From NCBI RefSeq assembly GCF_000015225.1, contig NC_008698.1, positions 1,380,001-1,412,000 on the forward strand: a stretch of DNA of 32,000 bases. Direction: 5' to 3'. The translations under genes and the position numbers were made by a program. Source of the stretch: Thermofilum pendens Hrk 5 (GTDB lineage Archaea > Thermoproteota > Thermoprotei > Thermofilales > Thermofilaceae). Shown piece by piece: positions 14,834-22,890 of the stretch; the stretch's first letter is position 1; every line of letters starts with the position of its first letter. The notes beneath the pieces were generated by a model. That model was not told the origin of the DNA. It worked only from the letters and a program-made list of their open reading frames with translations, and ran no database searches.

Positions 14834-15262
14834 TTAAGCTTTAGCTCTCTCTACGTGCGCCGAGCGCTCGCTTTCAACTATGCGCTCCACATCTCCGACG
14901 TATCTTTCCACCTTCTCCAGCTCCTCGGCGACCTCGTCCGCCCCCAGCGCCCCCTCATGGTATCCCTGCACATGGAGGTAGTAGCCTCTCGCCCCGAATC
15001 TGTCCCTCAACCCGAGCCTAGCTATCTCCGGCTTCTCTCTTTCAAGCTTCCCCAAGAGCTCCCTCCTCTCCCTATAGCTCTCAGGCTTCCCGTAGCCAAG
15101 TGCAACCAGAAGAGCGTCTGTAGCTAAAACCACCGCCAGCCAACCCTTCTCGCACGCGTTCCTCAGTCTTAAGGGCTCACGGTCCTTCCTGTACTCGTCG
15201 ACCTCTCTACGCGCCAGCTCAACGGCTTTCCATGCCTTGGTCAATGCTTCGCTAAAGCTCAC
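14834..15262 (-). CDS. PaREP1-like / HEPN-like four-helix protein
   Basis: All-helical 142 aa. ..LRNACEKGWLAVVLATDALL.. and RFGARGYYLHVQGYHEG (R-x4-H). GTG start. Family assignment is from memory of PaREP1 proteins and is tentative. Confidence 0.45.
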   Translation of the reverse strand: MSFSEALTKAWKAVELARREVDEYRKDREPLRLRNACEKGWLAVVLATDALLVALGYGKPESYRERRELLGKLEREKPEIARLGLRDRFGARGYYLHVQGYHEGALGADEVAEELEKVERYVGDVERIVESERSAHVERAKA

Positions 15263-15476
15263 TCCTCACACCTACCCTTTAGAACCGCCTGCCCTAGCAA
15301 TAAAGCTTCTGTTCCCAAAGCGCCTAACCAATGAAGCATTGCTACGCGAAAACCCCTGAGCCATTGCAATCCTCCCTGCGCTACCCGGGCTCATGGTTGC
15401 GGGTTATTGCATATATACCGTTGATGGTGGGCTAGCGCTAGTGCTTATAGAGGCTAGGGTAGCCCTGCGCGGCTTG

Positions 15477-16316
15477 CTAGAACCACTGCCGCGGGTACCT
15501 CCAGTCCGAGCCTAGGTCCCTCTGGCCGACGTGGAAGACCTCCGGCATCATCCTCTTGTGCTGAGACCTCTTCACCATCTCCAGGATGCGCTTCACCACG
15601 CCGACCTCGACGCCCAGCTCCTCCGCGATCCTCTCCTCGGGCAACCACTTCTCGAACCTGAGGTAGAGCACTGAGTCTACGAGCTCGTACGGGGCTCCGA
15701 GCTCGCCCTCGGCTGTCTGGCCGGGCCAGAGCCTGGGGGAGCTTGGCTTCTCCACTATTCTCTCGGGGACTCCCAGGTACCTTGCCAGTTGCCTTACATG
15801 GGTCTTGTAGAGCCCTCCTATAGGCAGGACGTCCACTCCCCCGTCCCCGTACTTCGTGAAGTAGCCTAGCAGGAGCTCGCTCTTGTCGCCCGTGCCGATC
15901 ACGAGCGCGTTGTGGGCGTAGGCCTTCTCGTGGAGTATTATCATCCTGATCCTCGCCATAACGTTCCCCCTCGCCACCCTGTCCATCTCCCCGAGGACCT
16001 CCTCGAAGCTCTTCAGGATCGGGTCCACGCTTATAACCTCCCAGTTGCCGTCCGGTAGCCCGAGCGCCTCTATTACGCGCAGAGCGTCTTCGACGTCCTC
16101 CTTGGGCGTCGCGAAGGAGGGGAGCACGTAGCAGTACGTGTTCTCGGGCCCCAGGGCCCGGGCCGTGAGGAAGGCTACCACCGCCGAGTCCACGCCCCCG
16201 CTAACTCCGACGACGCCTGCACGCTTGCCGGCGTACTCCCTGACGTACCACCTGAGCCTCCTCGCTATGTACTCGGCGACTCTCTCGGCGTTTATCGGGG
16301 GTAACACGTACCTCAA
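15477..16316 (-). CDS. nadE: NAD+ synthetase (synthetase/ATP-pyrophosphatase subunit)
   Basis: PP-loop GVVGVSGGVDSAVVAFL. 279 aa. TTG start overlaps the stop of the upstream C-N hydrolase (TTGA). Confidence 0.9.
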   Translation of the reverse strand: MRYVLPPINAERVAEYIARRLRWYVREYAGKRAGVVGVSGGVDSAVVAFLTARALGPENTYCYVLPSFATPKEDVEDALRVIEALGLPDGNWEVISVDPILKSFEEVLGEMDRVARGNVMARIRMIILHEKAYAHNALVIGTGDKSELLLGYFTKYGDGGVDVLPIGGLYKTHVRQLARYLGVPERIVEKPSSPRLWPGQTAEGELGAPYELVDSVLYLRFEKWLPEERIAEELGVEVGVVKRILEMVKRSQHKRMMPEVFHVGQRDLGSDWRYPRQWF

Positions 16317-17152
16317 TCCAGCTCACCTAGGACGACGTGTATATCGCGCCTGTGCCTCTTGAACGAGCTGAACCTCCTCGAAGCTCTCAGCCTGTACAGG
16401 TCCAGGTCTGCTACCAGCAGTTCCTCCTCCATCTTCTTCGCCCTTGCAACGACCTCGCCGTCGGGCGCCACGACCATGGATCCTCCCCAGAAGTACTCCT
16501 CGTCCTCCGGCCCCACCCTGTTTGCGAAGACAACGTAGCAAGCATTCTCCACAGCCCTGGTAACGGCTATGGCCTCCCACACCCTCTCTATGTTCGCCTC
16601 GCCCGACCCGTAGAGGCCCCTTATCGGCGAAGACGCGTGGATAAACACCACGTCCGCCCCCCTCCTCGCGGCGAGCTCCGCTGGCTCCGGGTGCCAGGCG
16701 TCCTCACAGATTATCGGGGCGACGCGCCACCCCCCGCACTCGAACACGCCTTCGCGGCTACAACTCCCCTCCCTGAAGTACCTGCTCTCCTCGAACAGCC
16801 CGTAGTCGGGCAGGTACAGCTTCGACACTACCCCCGCGACAGAGCCGTCCCTCACCACGGCCACGCTGTTCTCGTAGATCCCAGCGCGCGGCTCATGCAC
16901 CAGGCCTACGAGCACGCAGAGCCCCCGCGAAGCCTCCGCGATCTCGCCCAGAGCCTCGCGCGCCGCGTCCGAAACCTCGTACGCCAGGTCCCTTAGCAGG
17001 TAGCCCGTGAGGGAGAGCTCCGGGAAGGCGAGGACCTCTACCCCCAGCTCCCTAGCCCTCTCAACGTACTCCAGGTGCTTTTCGAGGTTCCTCCTCACGT
17101 CCCCCAGCAACGAGTGTATCTGCGCAACCCCGACTCTCAACCGATCCCTCAA
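16313..17152 (-). CDS. Carbon-nitrogen hydrolase (nitrilase superfamily), probable glutaminase partner of NadE
   Basis: Motifs FPELSLTGY (catalytic Glu), KLYLP (Lys region) and PIICEDAWHPE (catalytic Cys). 4-nt overlap with nadE. Confidence 0.8.
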   Translation of the reverse strand: MRDRLRVGVAQIHSLLGDVRRNLEKHLEYVERARELGVEVLAFPELSLTGYLLRDLAYEVSDAAREALGEIAEASRGLCVLVGLVHEPRAGIYENSVAVVRDGSVAGVVSKLYLPDYGLFEESRYFREGSCSREGVFECGGWRVAPIICEDAWHPEPAELAARRGADVVFIHASSPIRGLYGSGEANIERVWEAIAVTRAVENACYVVFANRVGPEDEEYFWGGSMVVAPDGEVVARAKKMEEELLVADLDLYRLRASRRFSSFKRHRRDIHVVLGELD

Positions 17153-17188
17153 CCAGGCCCCCTCCCCGCACGCCGCAAGCCTCCTGTT

Positions 17189-17212
17189 AAGCTTTACTAT
17201 GAGAAAAAGCTT
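17189..17212 (-). terminator. Inverted repeat AAGCTTT-N10-AAAGCTT with an oligo-T on the minus strand, after the ABC permease stop
   Basis: Minus strand reads AAGCTTTTTCTCATAGTAAAGCTT starting ~17 nt after the stop at 17229-17231. The T5 tract fits archaeal oligo-T termination. Confidence 0.3.
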
Positions 17213-17228
17213 TTAGAAGCCAGGGGAG

Positions 17229-18497
17229 CTACGCGGCTTCCTCCGCTAGCCTCGGGGCAAGCCTGGCGTAGAGGACCGCCGCTACCGCGAAGAGCGCTAG
17301 CGAGAGTAGAACCGCGGCTACCGTCGGCAGGAGGTAGCCCGAGATGCTCCTACCGAAGACTGCCACCTCGGAGGTCGCGCTGAAGAGAATCGAGAAGGGG
17401 TTTACCTCTGCGAACGCCCTGAGGGGGTCTGGGAGCATCCACTTCGGCAGCCAAAAGCCGCCGGCAGCCATCGTGGGCCAGACGATGATGTTCGCCACCA
17501 CGCTCGCCGACTCGGGCGACTTGAAGAACAGCCCAATGAGGAGCCCCGCGGAGAACGCGAGGAGCCCTGCGACCAGTACCAGGAGTAGCAGGAATAAGGC
17601 CTCTGCGCTTAAGATCTTCACAGCGAGCGAGCCGCCGTAGGCCACGAAGCCGAGGAGGCACGTCGGCACGGCCGATGCAGCCATGAGCGCGAGCCAGGAG
17701 ATCGCCAGCCCGGCGAAGTACTCGCTGGGGGTCAGCTTCGTCGAGAGAAGCCTGCGCAGAAAGCCCCTCTTCGCCTCAGAAGCCACCGCGGCGGCGCCTC
17801 CCACGACGCCTTCGAACATGAAGCTCATGAAGACGACCGAGAGGGTCAGCCACCCGACAACCCTGGACCTCAGCTGTGCTCCCTCCTCGCCGGGAACGAC
17901 GCCCACGACTCTGACCCCGGGGTTTAGGGCGGCTCTCCAGGCCCTCTCGACGACCTCCGCGGCGGCCGGGGCTAGCCCGGGAACCCTCGACGCCGTTGCG
18001 TTCACGAAGCGGGAAAGCTCCCCGAGGGCCTCGAAGTGAGCTACCTGGTAGAAGAAAGAGTAGAGGTAGGCGGCGACTAGCTCCTCCCTGGAGGGGTCCG
18101 GCGTCCCCCTCAACACGTACACGGTGACGTTAAGTGTCCCCCCGCTCCCGGGCTCCACCAGGACTACGGCGTCCAGGTAGCCCTTCTTCAGCGCGTTCAT
18201 CGCCGAGCTGAGGTTGCCCCAGACAGTGGCATTTACGCTGAGCTTCAGGCTGGCGTTCCACGGGGCCTTCAAGTACTTCGCGGTTTCCTCGGCGTACGCG
18301 GCTACGGCCTCCGAGCCCGGAACCACGGCTACGTTAATGGACACAGCTCTCCCTTGGCCCGCCCCCGGCGCGAAGAGGAAGACGTAGAACGAGAGGAGCA
18401 TTAGGGGGAAGGCGAAGCTCCAGAAAAGGGTGCTCTTGTCCCTGAGGAAGAGCTTCACGCTCCTAACGACCACCGCCGCCACTTTGCCCGCCTTCAC
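17229..18497 (-). CDS. ABC-2 type transporter permease
   Basis: 422 aa. One N-terminal TM, a large extracytoplasmic loop and a C-terminal bundle of 5 TMs. GTGA overlap with the ATPase gene. Confidence 0.8.
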   Translation of the reverse strand: MKAGKVAAVVVRSVKLFLRDKSTLFWSFAFPLMLLSFYVFLFAPGAGQGRAVSINVAVVPGSEAVAAYAEETAKYLKAPWNASLKLSVNATVWGNLSSAMNALKKGYLDAVVLVEPGSGGTLNVTVYVLRGTPDPSREELVAAYLYSFFYQVAHFEALGELSRFVNATASRVPGLAPAAAEVVERAWRAALNPGVRVVGVVPGEEGAQLRSRVVGWLTLSVVFMSFMFEGVVGGAAAVASEAKRGFLRRLLSTKLTPSEYFAGLAISWLALMAASAVPTCLLGFVAYGGSLAVKILSAEALFLLLLVLVAGLLAFSAGLLIGLFFKSPESASVVANIIVWPTMAAGGFWLPKWMLPDPLRAFAEVNPFSILFSATSEVAVFGRSISGYLLPTVAAVLLSLALFAVAAVLYARLAPRLAEEAA

Positions 18498-19426
18498 TCC
18501 AGCCTCACCCCCGTCAAGAGGAAGTAGACGTCTCCCAGGCTAACCCGCCTCATCGACGCGGACACGACGCCAGCGCCCCCGATCGCCTCCACCTCGTCCA
18601 GGAGGTTGGGGCTGTTGCCGAGCACCGTTACCCTCGAACCCCCAGCCGGTATAGCCTCGTAGCCAAGCATCCTGACTCTCTCTAGGAGCTCCGCCCCCGG
18701 CTCCTCCCTTAGCTCTAGGTCCACCGCGTACTTGTAGCCAACCTTTCGCTTGAGATCCTCCTGGGAACCTGCCGCCACGACCTCACCGCCCCTCATGACC
18801 ACGACCCTGTCTGCCAGCCGCTCCGCGTCCTCGAACAAGTGCGTCGCTAGGACTACAGTCTTGCCGGAGCGCCGCATCCCGTCCACGACGCCCCAGACCT
18901 CCCTCCTAGCGTTCGGGTCTAGCCCGGAGGTAGGCTCGTCTAGCAACAGTAAGTCGGGGTTCGACGCCAGGGCTAGGGCCAGGCTGGCCTTGCGCTTCAT
19001 CCCGCCAGAGTACGTCGACACCCTCCTTTTGTAGAACCACTCGCCGAGCCCTAGTAGCCCGCTGAGCTCTTCAAGCCTCCTTTTAGCCTCCTTAGCGTCT
19101 ACCTCCATGAGCGCGGCGTAGAACTCGTAGTTCTCGATGCCCGTGAGCTCGGCGTAGAGGCCGTAGTCCTGGGGCATGTAGCTAATTCTACCCCTAACAC
19201 CCGCGTCCGAGTAAGGCTCTCCACCGTAGACGAGTAGCCTGCCGCGAGTAGGGCGCACGACGCCGGCCGCTATACCCATGAACGTGCTTTTACCCGACCC
19301 GTTCGGCCCCAGCAACGCGACGACCTCCCCCTCGCGAACCTCGATGCTTATACCCCTCAGCGCCTCTACCCTCCGCTCCCCGCTCCCGTATACCTTCCAC
19401 AGGTCCTCCGCCACTAGGGCGAGCAT
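18494..19426 (-). CDS. ABC transporter ATP-binding protein
   Basis: Walker A GPNGSGKST, signature YSGGMKRKASLA, Walker B LLLLDEPTSGLD. Confidence 0.92.
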   Translation of the reverse strand: MLALVAEDLWKVYGSGERRVEALRGISIEVREGEVVALLGPNGSGKSTFMGIAAGVVRPTRGRLLVYGGEPYSDAGVRGRISYMPQDYGLYAELTGIENYEFYAALMEVDAKEAKRRLEELSGLLGLGEWFYKRRVSTYSGGMKRKASLALALASNPDLLLLDEPTSGLDPNARREVWGVVDGMRRSGKTVVLATHLFEDAERLADRVVVMRGGEVVAAGSQEDLKRKVGYKYAVDLELREEPGAELLERVRMLGYEAIPAGGSRVTVLGNSPNLLDEVEAIGGAGVVSASMRRVSLGDVYFLLTGVRLE

Positions 19427-19457
19427 CCAACCACCGGGGACCCGTTCTCGCGGAGCT

Positions 19458-19490
19458 ATTTAAACCGGGGTTATACTCTTAAAAAGAGAG
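19458..19490 (+). repeat. Left copy of a ~34-bp imperfect direct repeat (ATTTARACC..GGYTATACTYTTAAAAAGAGAG)
   Basis: By hand alignment, 28 of 34 positions are identical to 19995-20028. The core TTAAAAAGAGAG plus TATACT is identical. Confidence 0.7.
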
Positions 19491-19557
19491 CCTGACCGAC
19501 TAGCCTCGAGTCCGAGGGTCGAGCGGTAGTTCTCCTCGCCGGCGGGTTGAGAGTTGG

Positions 19558-19565
19558 TTTATAAG
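19558..19565 (+). promoter_or_regulatory. TATA box (TTTATAAG) for the aspartic protease gene
   Basis: Centre is 25 nt upstream of GTG 19586. Confidence 0.5.
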
Positions 19566-19585
19566 CTTCCACTGATCTTTAGTAG

Positions 19586-19948
19586 GTGGGTAGCGTGGGT
19601 CACGTATACGCGCCCGTAAAGCTTTACCACGGAGAAAAGTCGCTTGAAGTAAAGGCTCTCGTGGACACCGGCGCAACGACACTGGTTCTGCCCAGAAGCG
19701 TCGCAGAGGAGCTTGGCTTGCGCGTGCTGGGGAAGATGGATGTCGAGCTGGCGGATGGGACTGTTAAAAAGGTTGATTACAGCATCGTTGAGGTTGAGCT
19801 GAGCGGTAGGAGGGCTCCCGTCTTGGTAGCTATCGTCGAGAGAGGGGAGGTTTGCGTGGGAGTGGAGGCGTTGGAGAGACTAGGGCTTGCGGTTGACCCG
19901 GCTACTGGGAGTATTTACTCGACGAGGAGGTTTGTAACTAGGCTGTAA
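19586..19948 (+). CDS. Retropepsin-like clan AA aspartic protease (single-lobe, ~120 aa)
   Basis: Motif VKALVDTGATTLVLP (DTGA catalytic motif). Size typical of the homodimeric archaeal/bacterial retropepsin-like family. Confidence 0.8.
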   Translation: MGSVGHVYAPVKLYHGEKSLEVKALVDTGATTLVLPRSVAEELGLRVLGKMDVELADGTVKKVDYSIVEVELSGRRAPVLVAIVERGEVCVGVEALERLGLAVDPATGSIYSTRRFVTRL

Positions 19949-19994
19949 CCCCCCGACGGTTCCCGTTTTGCTAGCGCTTGCGCGCGTCGCGGTA

Positions 19995-20028
19995 ATTTAG
20001 ACCTGAGGCTATACTTTTAAAAAGAGAG
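19995..20028 (+). repeat. Right copy of the ~34-bp direct repeat
   Basis: See 19458-19490. The two copies are 537 bp apart and bracket the protease gene and its promoter. Confidence 0.7.
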
Positions 20029-20067
20029 AGCGGAAGCTACTTAACCCCCCTGTATGGAAGCTCACAC

Positions 20068-20922
20068 GTGAAGTCGAGCCTGCCTGGAGCGCTCTTCCAG
20101 CGCGTAGCCGACTGGCTGAGGCTCCTCAGGGCCGGGAACTGCGCGGTAGTATCGCTCGGAGCATACACGGGGTACGTGGCCGGGAGGGGTGGTAGCCTGC
20201 CTCAAGGAGTGCTCGTAGCCGCTTCTGCGGCGCTAGTCGCGGCTTGGGGGAACATAGTCAACGACTACTTCGACCTGGAGTCGGACGCTATAAGCAAGCC
20301 GTGGCGCCCGCTCCCGTCGCGCAGGATTTCGCCGGGCTCGGCTGTCTCGGCGTCGCTTCCCCTCCTAGCGGCTGGGCTGGCTCTGGGCTTCCTCGTCTCC
20401 CCTCTCTGCGGCTTCACTGCCGTGCTGGCCTCCGCGCTCCTCTTCCTCTACTCCTGGAGGGTCAAGGCCCTGGGTCTCCCGGGAAACGTGCTGATAGCCT
20501 TCCTCGCGGCCCTCAACGTGGTGTACGGCGCCTTGGCGTCCCCCGAGCCCTGGCGCTCCCTGCTACCCTCCGCCTACGCCTTCCTGATAATACTCGGGAG
20601 GGAGGTGCTTAAAGGCGTGGAGGACCTGGAGGGGGACGCCGCGAGGGGCGTGAAGACTGTGGCGTCGACGCTGGGGGCGAGGGCCGCGCTGAGGGTCTCC
20701 GCCGTGCTCCTCTTGGCGGTGGTGGCGCTGAGCCCCCTGCCGCTCCTGTCGGGCTACGGCGCTCTCTACGCTCTCTTCGCGTTCGGCGGCGTCGACGCGC
20801 CGATAGCGCTGGCGTTGCTCAAGGCGGGGCCCGAGCCGAGGAGGGCCTGGATCGCGACGAGGATACTCAAGGTCCCGTTGCTCATGGGGCTCCTCGCGTT
20901 CCTGGTGGGTGGGCTGGCTTGA
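20068..20922 (+). CDS. UbiA-family prenyltransferase, most likely digeranylgeranylglyceryl phosphate (DGGGP) synthase
   Basis: Motifs [27 protein letters not shown] and [18 protein letters not shown] (the two Asp-rich UbiA motifs). 284 aa, ~8 TM. Confidence 0.8.
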
Positions 20923-21512
20923 AGCAGGAGACTCTCCGCGAGCTGAGGAGGAAGTCTATCCACGTTATACCGGGGGTCCTCGCGATACCCGTCGTCGTCT
21001 GGCTGGGCAACCCCATCGCCACGGCCATAGCGGCTTTCTTCTTCGCTCTCTACGCGGTCCACGAGGCTGTCCTGAGGCTCGGGCTACGCGTAGAGGTGCC
21101 CATAGCGTCCCACACCTTCAGGGTTATGGCTAGGAGGGAGGAGCTCGAAGGCGGCTACTTCACCGGGACCGTGTACTTTTGGTTCTCCACGCTGCTGATA
21201 GTAGCCCTCATGGAGCCCCACAGGGCGGCGGCATCAGTGATGGTGTCCAGCTTCGGCGACGCGGCAGCCGCCGTTGTAGGAAGGGAGGTGGGCGGGCCTA
21301 GGCTACCCTTCAACAGGAGGAAGACGCTCGCGGGCTCGGCTGCGATGTTCCTCGCCGCCTTCGCGTCGTGCCTCGTAGCCGGCGTACCGCTCTTCCCGTC
21401 GCTCGTAGCGTCGATCGTGTCCACGCTGGCAGAAGCCGCTACTACGAGCTCTACGCTGGACGAGCTAACGGTTCCCGCTGCGTCGGCGCTGACGCTCGGA
21501 CTCCTAGCTTAG
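20919..21512 (+). CDS. Polyprenol (dolichol/phytol) kinase-like membrane protein, CdsA superfamily
   Basis: Motifs [10 protein letters not shown] and [36 protein letters not shown] start overlaps the UbiA stop (TTGA). Confidence 0.65.
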
Positions 21513-21555
21513 CCTCGGGCACCCCCGGGAAAAGCCGGAGAAAAAGGTGAAAGGT

Positions 21556-22890
21556 TTACTCTTTTAGTCCTCCCATCGTCAACCCGCTTCTGACGTAGTT
21601 CTGGGCCAGCAGGAACATCACTACGACGGGGAGGGCGAAGATCAGAGCGGCGGCCGCGAACTGGTTCCAGGACACGTTCCTGAGGTTGGTGAGCAACACG
21701 TAGATGTAGACGGTCAAGGGGTGGTTCTCCTGGTTGAGCAGCAGGTTCGCAAGTATGAGCTCCGTCCACCCCCCGATGAAGGAGAAGATTGCGACCGTCG
21801 CTATACCCGGTAGCGCCATCGGCACTAGGACCTGCCCTATGATCTGCGCGTAGCTCGCCCCGTCTACGAGGGCGGCTTCGTCGAAATCCGGGCTTATGGA
21901 GTCCAGGTACCCCTTGAGGAGCCACGTGTTGAACGGGACGCTCCCCGCCGCGTAGATCACCGGTAGCACGAAGATGTTGTTCACCAGGTTGAGCCTAACG
22001 AGCATGCCGTACAGGGCTACGAGCCCGGCTATCCCCAGTCCTCCCGCTACCTGCGTGAACATGAGGTAAGAGTAGAGTATGTGCCCCTTCCCGAAGAACT
22101 TGAGCCTCGAAAACGCGTAGGCGGACGGCACCACGAAGAGCAGGGTTAGAACCACCGTTAGGCTTGCGATTATCAGGCTCCTACTCATGTAGCCCCATAT
22201 CTCTCCCCCGACCTTCGCCAGCCTTATGTAGCTGAAACTGGTAGTCTCAACGGTGCACTTCTCCGCCGAGATCCTCCCCCCGTCCTCCAGGTACAGCCTG
22301 GCGTTCTCCGCCTCGTAGACGCCCGGAGCCACCTCTCTGAACTTCGAGAGGTCGAGGGGCGCTCCGCCGGGACCACTGACCTTCACGACGATTTTCCTCG
22401 CTTCAACCGTCAGCCTTCTAGCCGCCGTTATCGTCTCCGCGGAGTCCGCGCCCACCTTCAGGTAGTCCCCGCCGACTATTATCGTGGCGTCCCTCTCACC
22501 TCTCTCCTGTCCTCCCCTCCTCTCCAGAATCTTAGCGTTGCTTAGAGTAAACTTCACGGGGTAGTCGCCGGCCACGACTCCGTCATACAGGTCGACCTCG
22601 TAGCGGTTCAGGGCATCCGATATCGTGGCGTTCTGGGCGCGGAGCGCGAAGCTCTTCACGTCCAGCGTCGCCTCGTAGTGACCCACGAGTATCTCTAGGT
22701 AGTTGTCGAGCGTAACCTTGCTCGGAATTACCTCGAGGCTCGTAGTGGCTAGGGTTCCAACGGGTTTAAGCGAGACCATGAACATGTAGTAAACGGGGAA
22801 GAGCAGTACGCCCATAACGACGAGCGCGAGCAGCGTCAGCACCGCGCTTTTGAAGAAGTCGCTCCTCCTAGCCTTCTGCTGCGCCCTCAT
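21556..22890 (-). CDS. Sugar ABC transporter permease, MalG-like, with a ~160-aa extracytoplasmic insertion
   Basis: TM1 + TLDNYLEIL, then a ~160-aa soluble insert (aa ~70-228), then a canonical MalG core with an EAA-like loop (DEAALVDGASYAQII). Confidence 0.85.
   Translation of the reverse strand: MRAQQKARRSDFFKSAVLTLLALVVMGVLLFPVYYMFMVSLKPVGTLATTSLEVIPSKVTLDNYLEILVGHYEATLDVKSFALRAQNATISDALNRYEVDLYDGVVAGDYPVKFTLSNAKILERRGGQERGERDATIIVGGDYLKVGADSAETITAARRLTVEARKIVVKVSGPGGAPLDLSKFREVAPGVYEAENARLYLEDGGRISAEKCTVETTSFSYIRLAKVGGEIWGYMSRSLIIASLTVVLTLLFVVPSAYAFSRLKFFGKGHILYSYLMFTQVAGGLGIAGLVALYGMLVRLNLVNNIFVLPVIYAAGSVPFNTWLLKGYLDSISPDFDEAALVDGASYAQIIGQVLVPMALPGIATVAIFSFIGGWTELILANLLLNQENHPLTVYIYVLLTNLRNVSWNQFAAAALIFALPVVVMFLLAQNYVRSGLTMGGLKE

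Noticed and set aside
19500-19682. A 60-aa minus-strand ORF overlapping the protease promoter and start.
   Set aside because: It overlaps a better-supported plus-strand gene with a TATA box and the DTGA motif. It has no motif or start context of its own.
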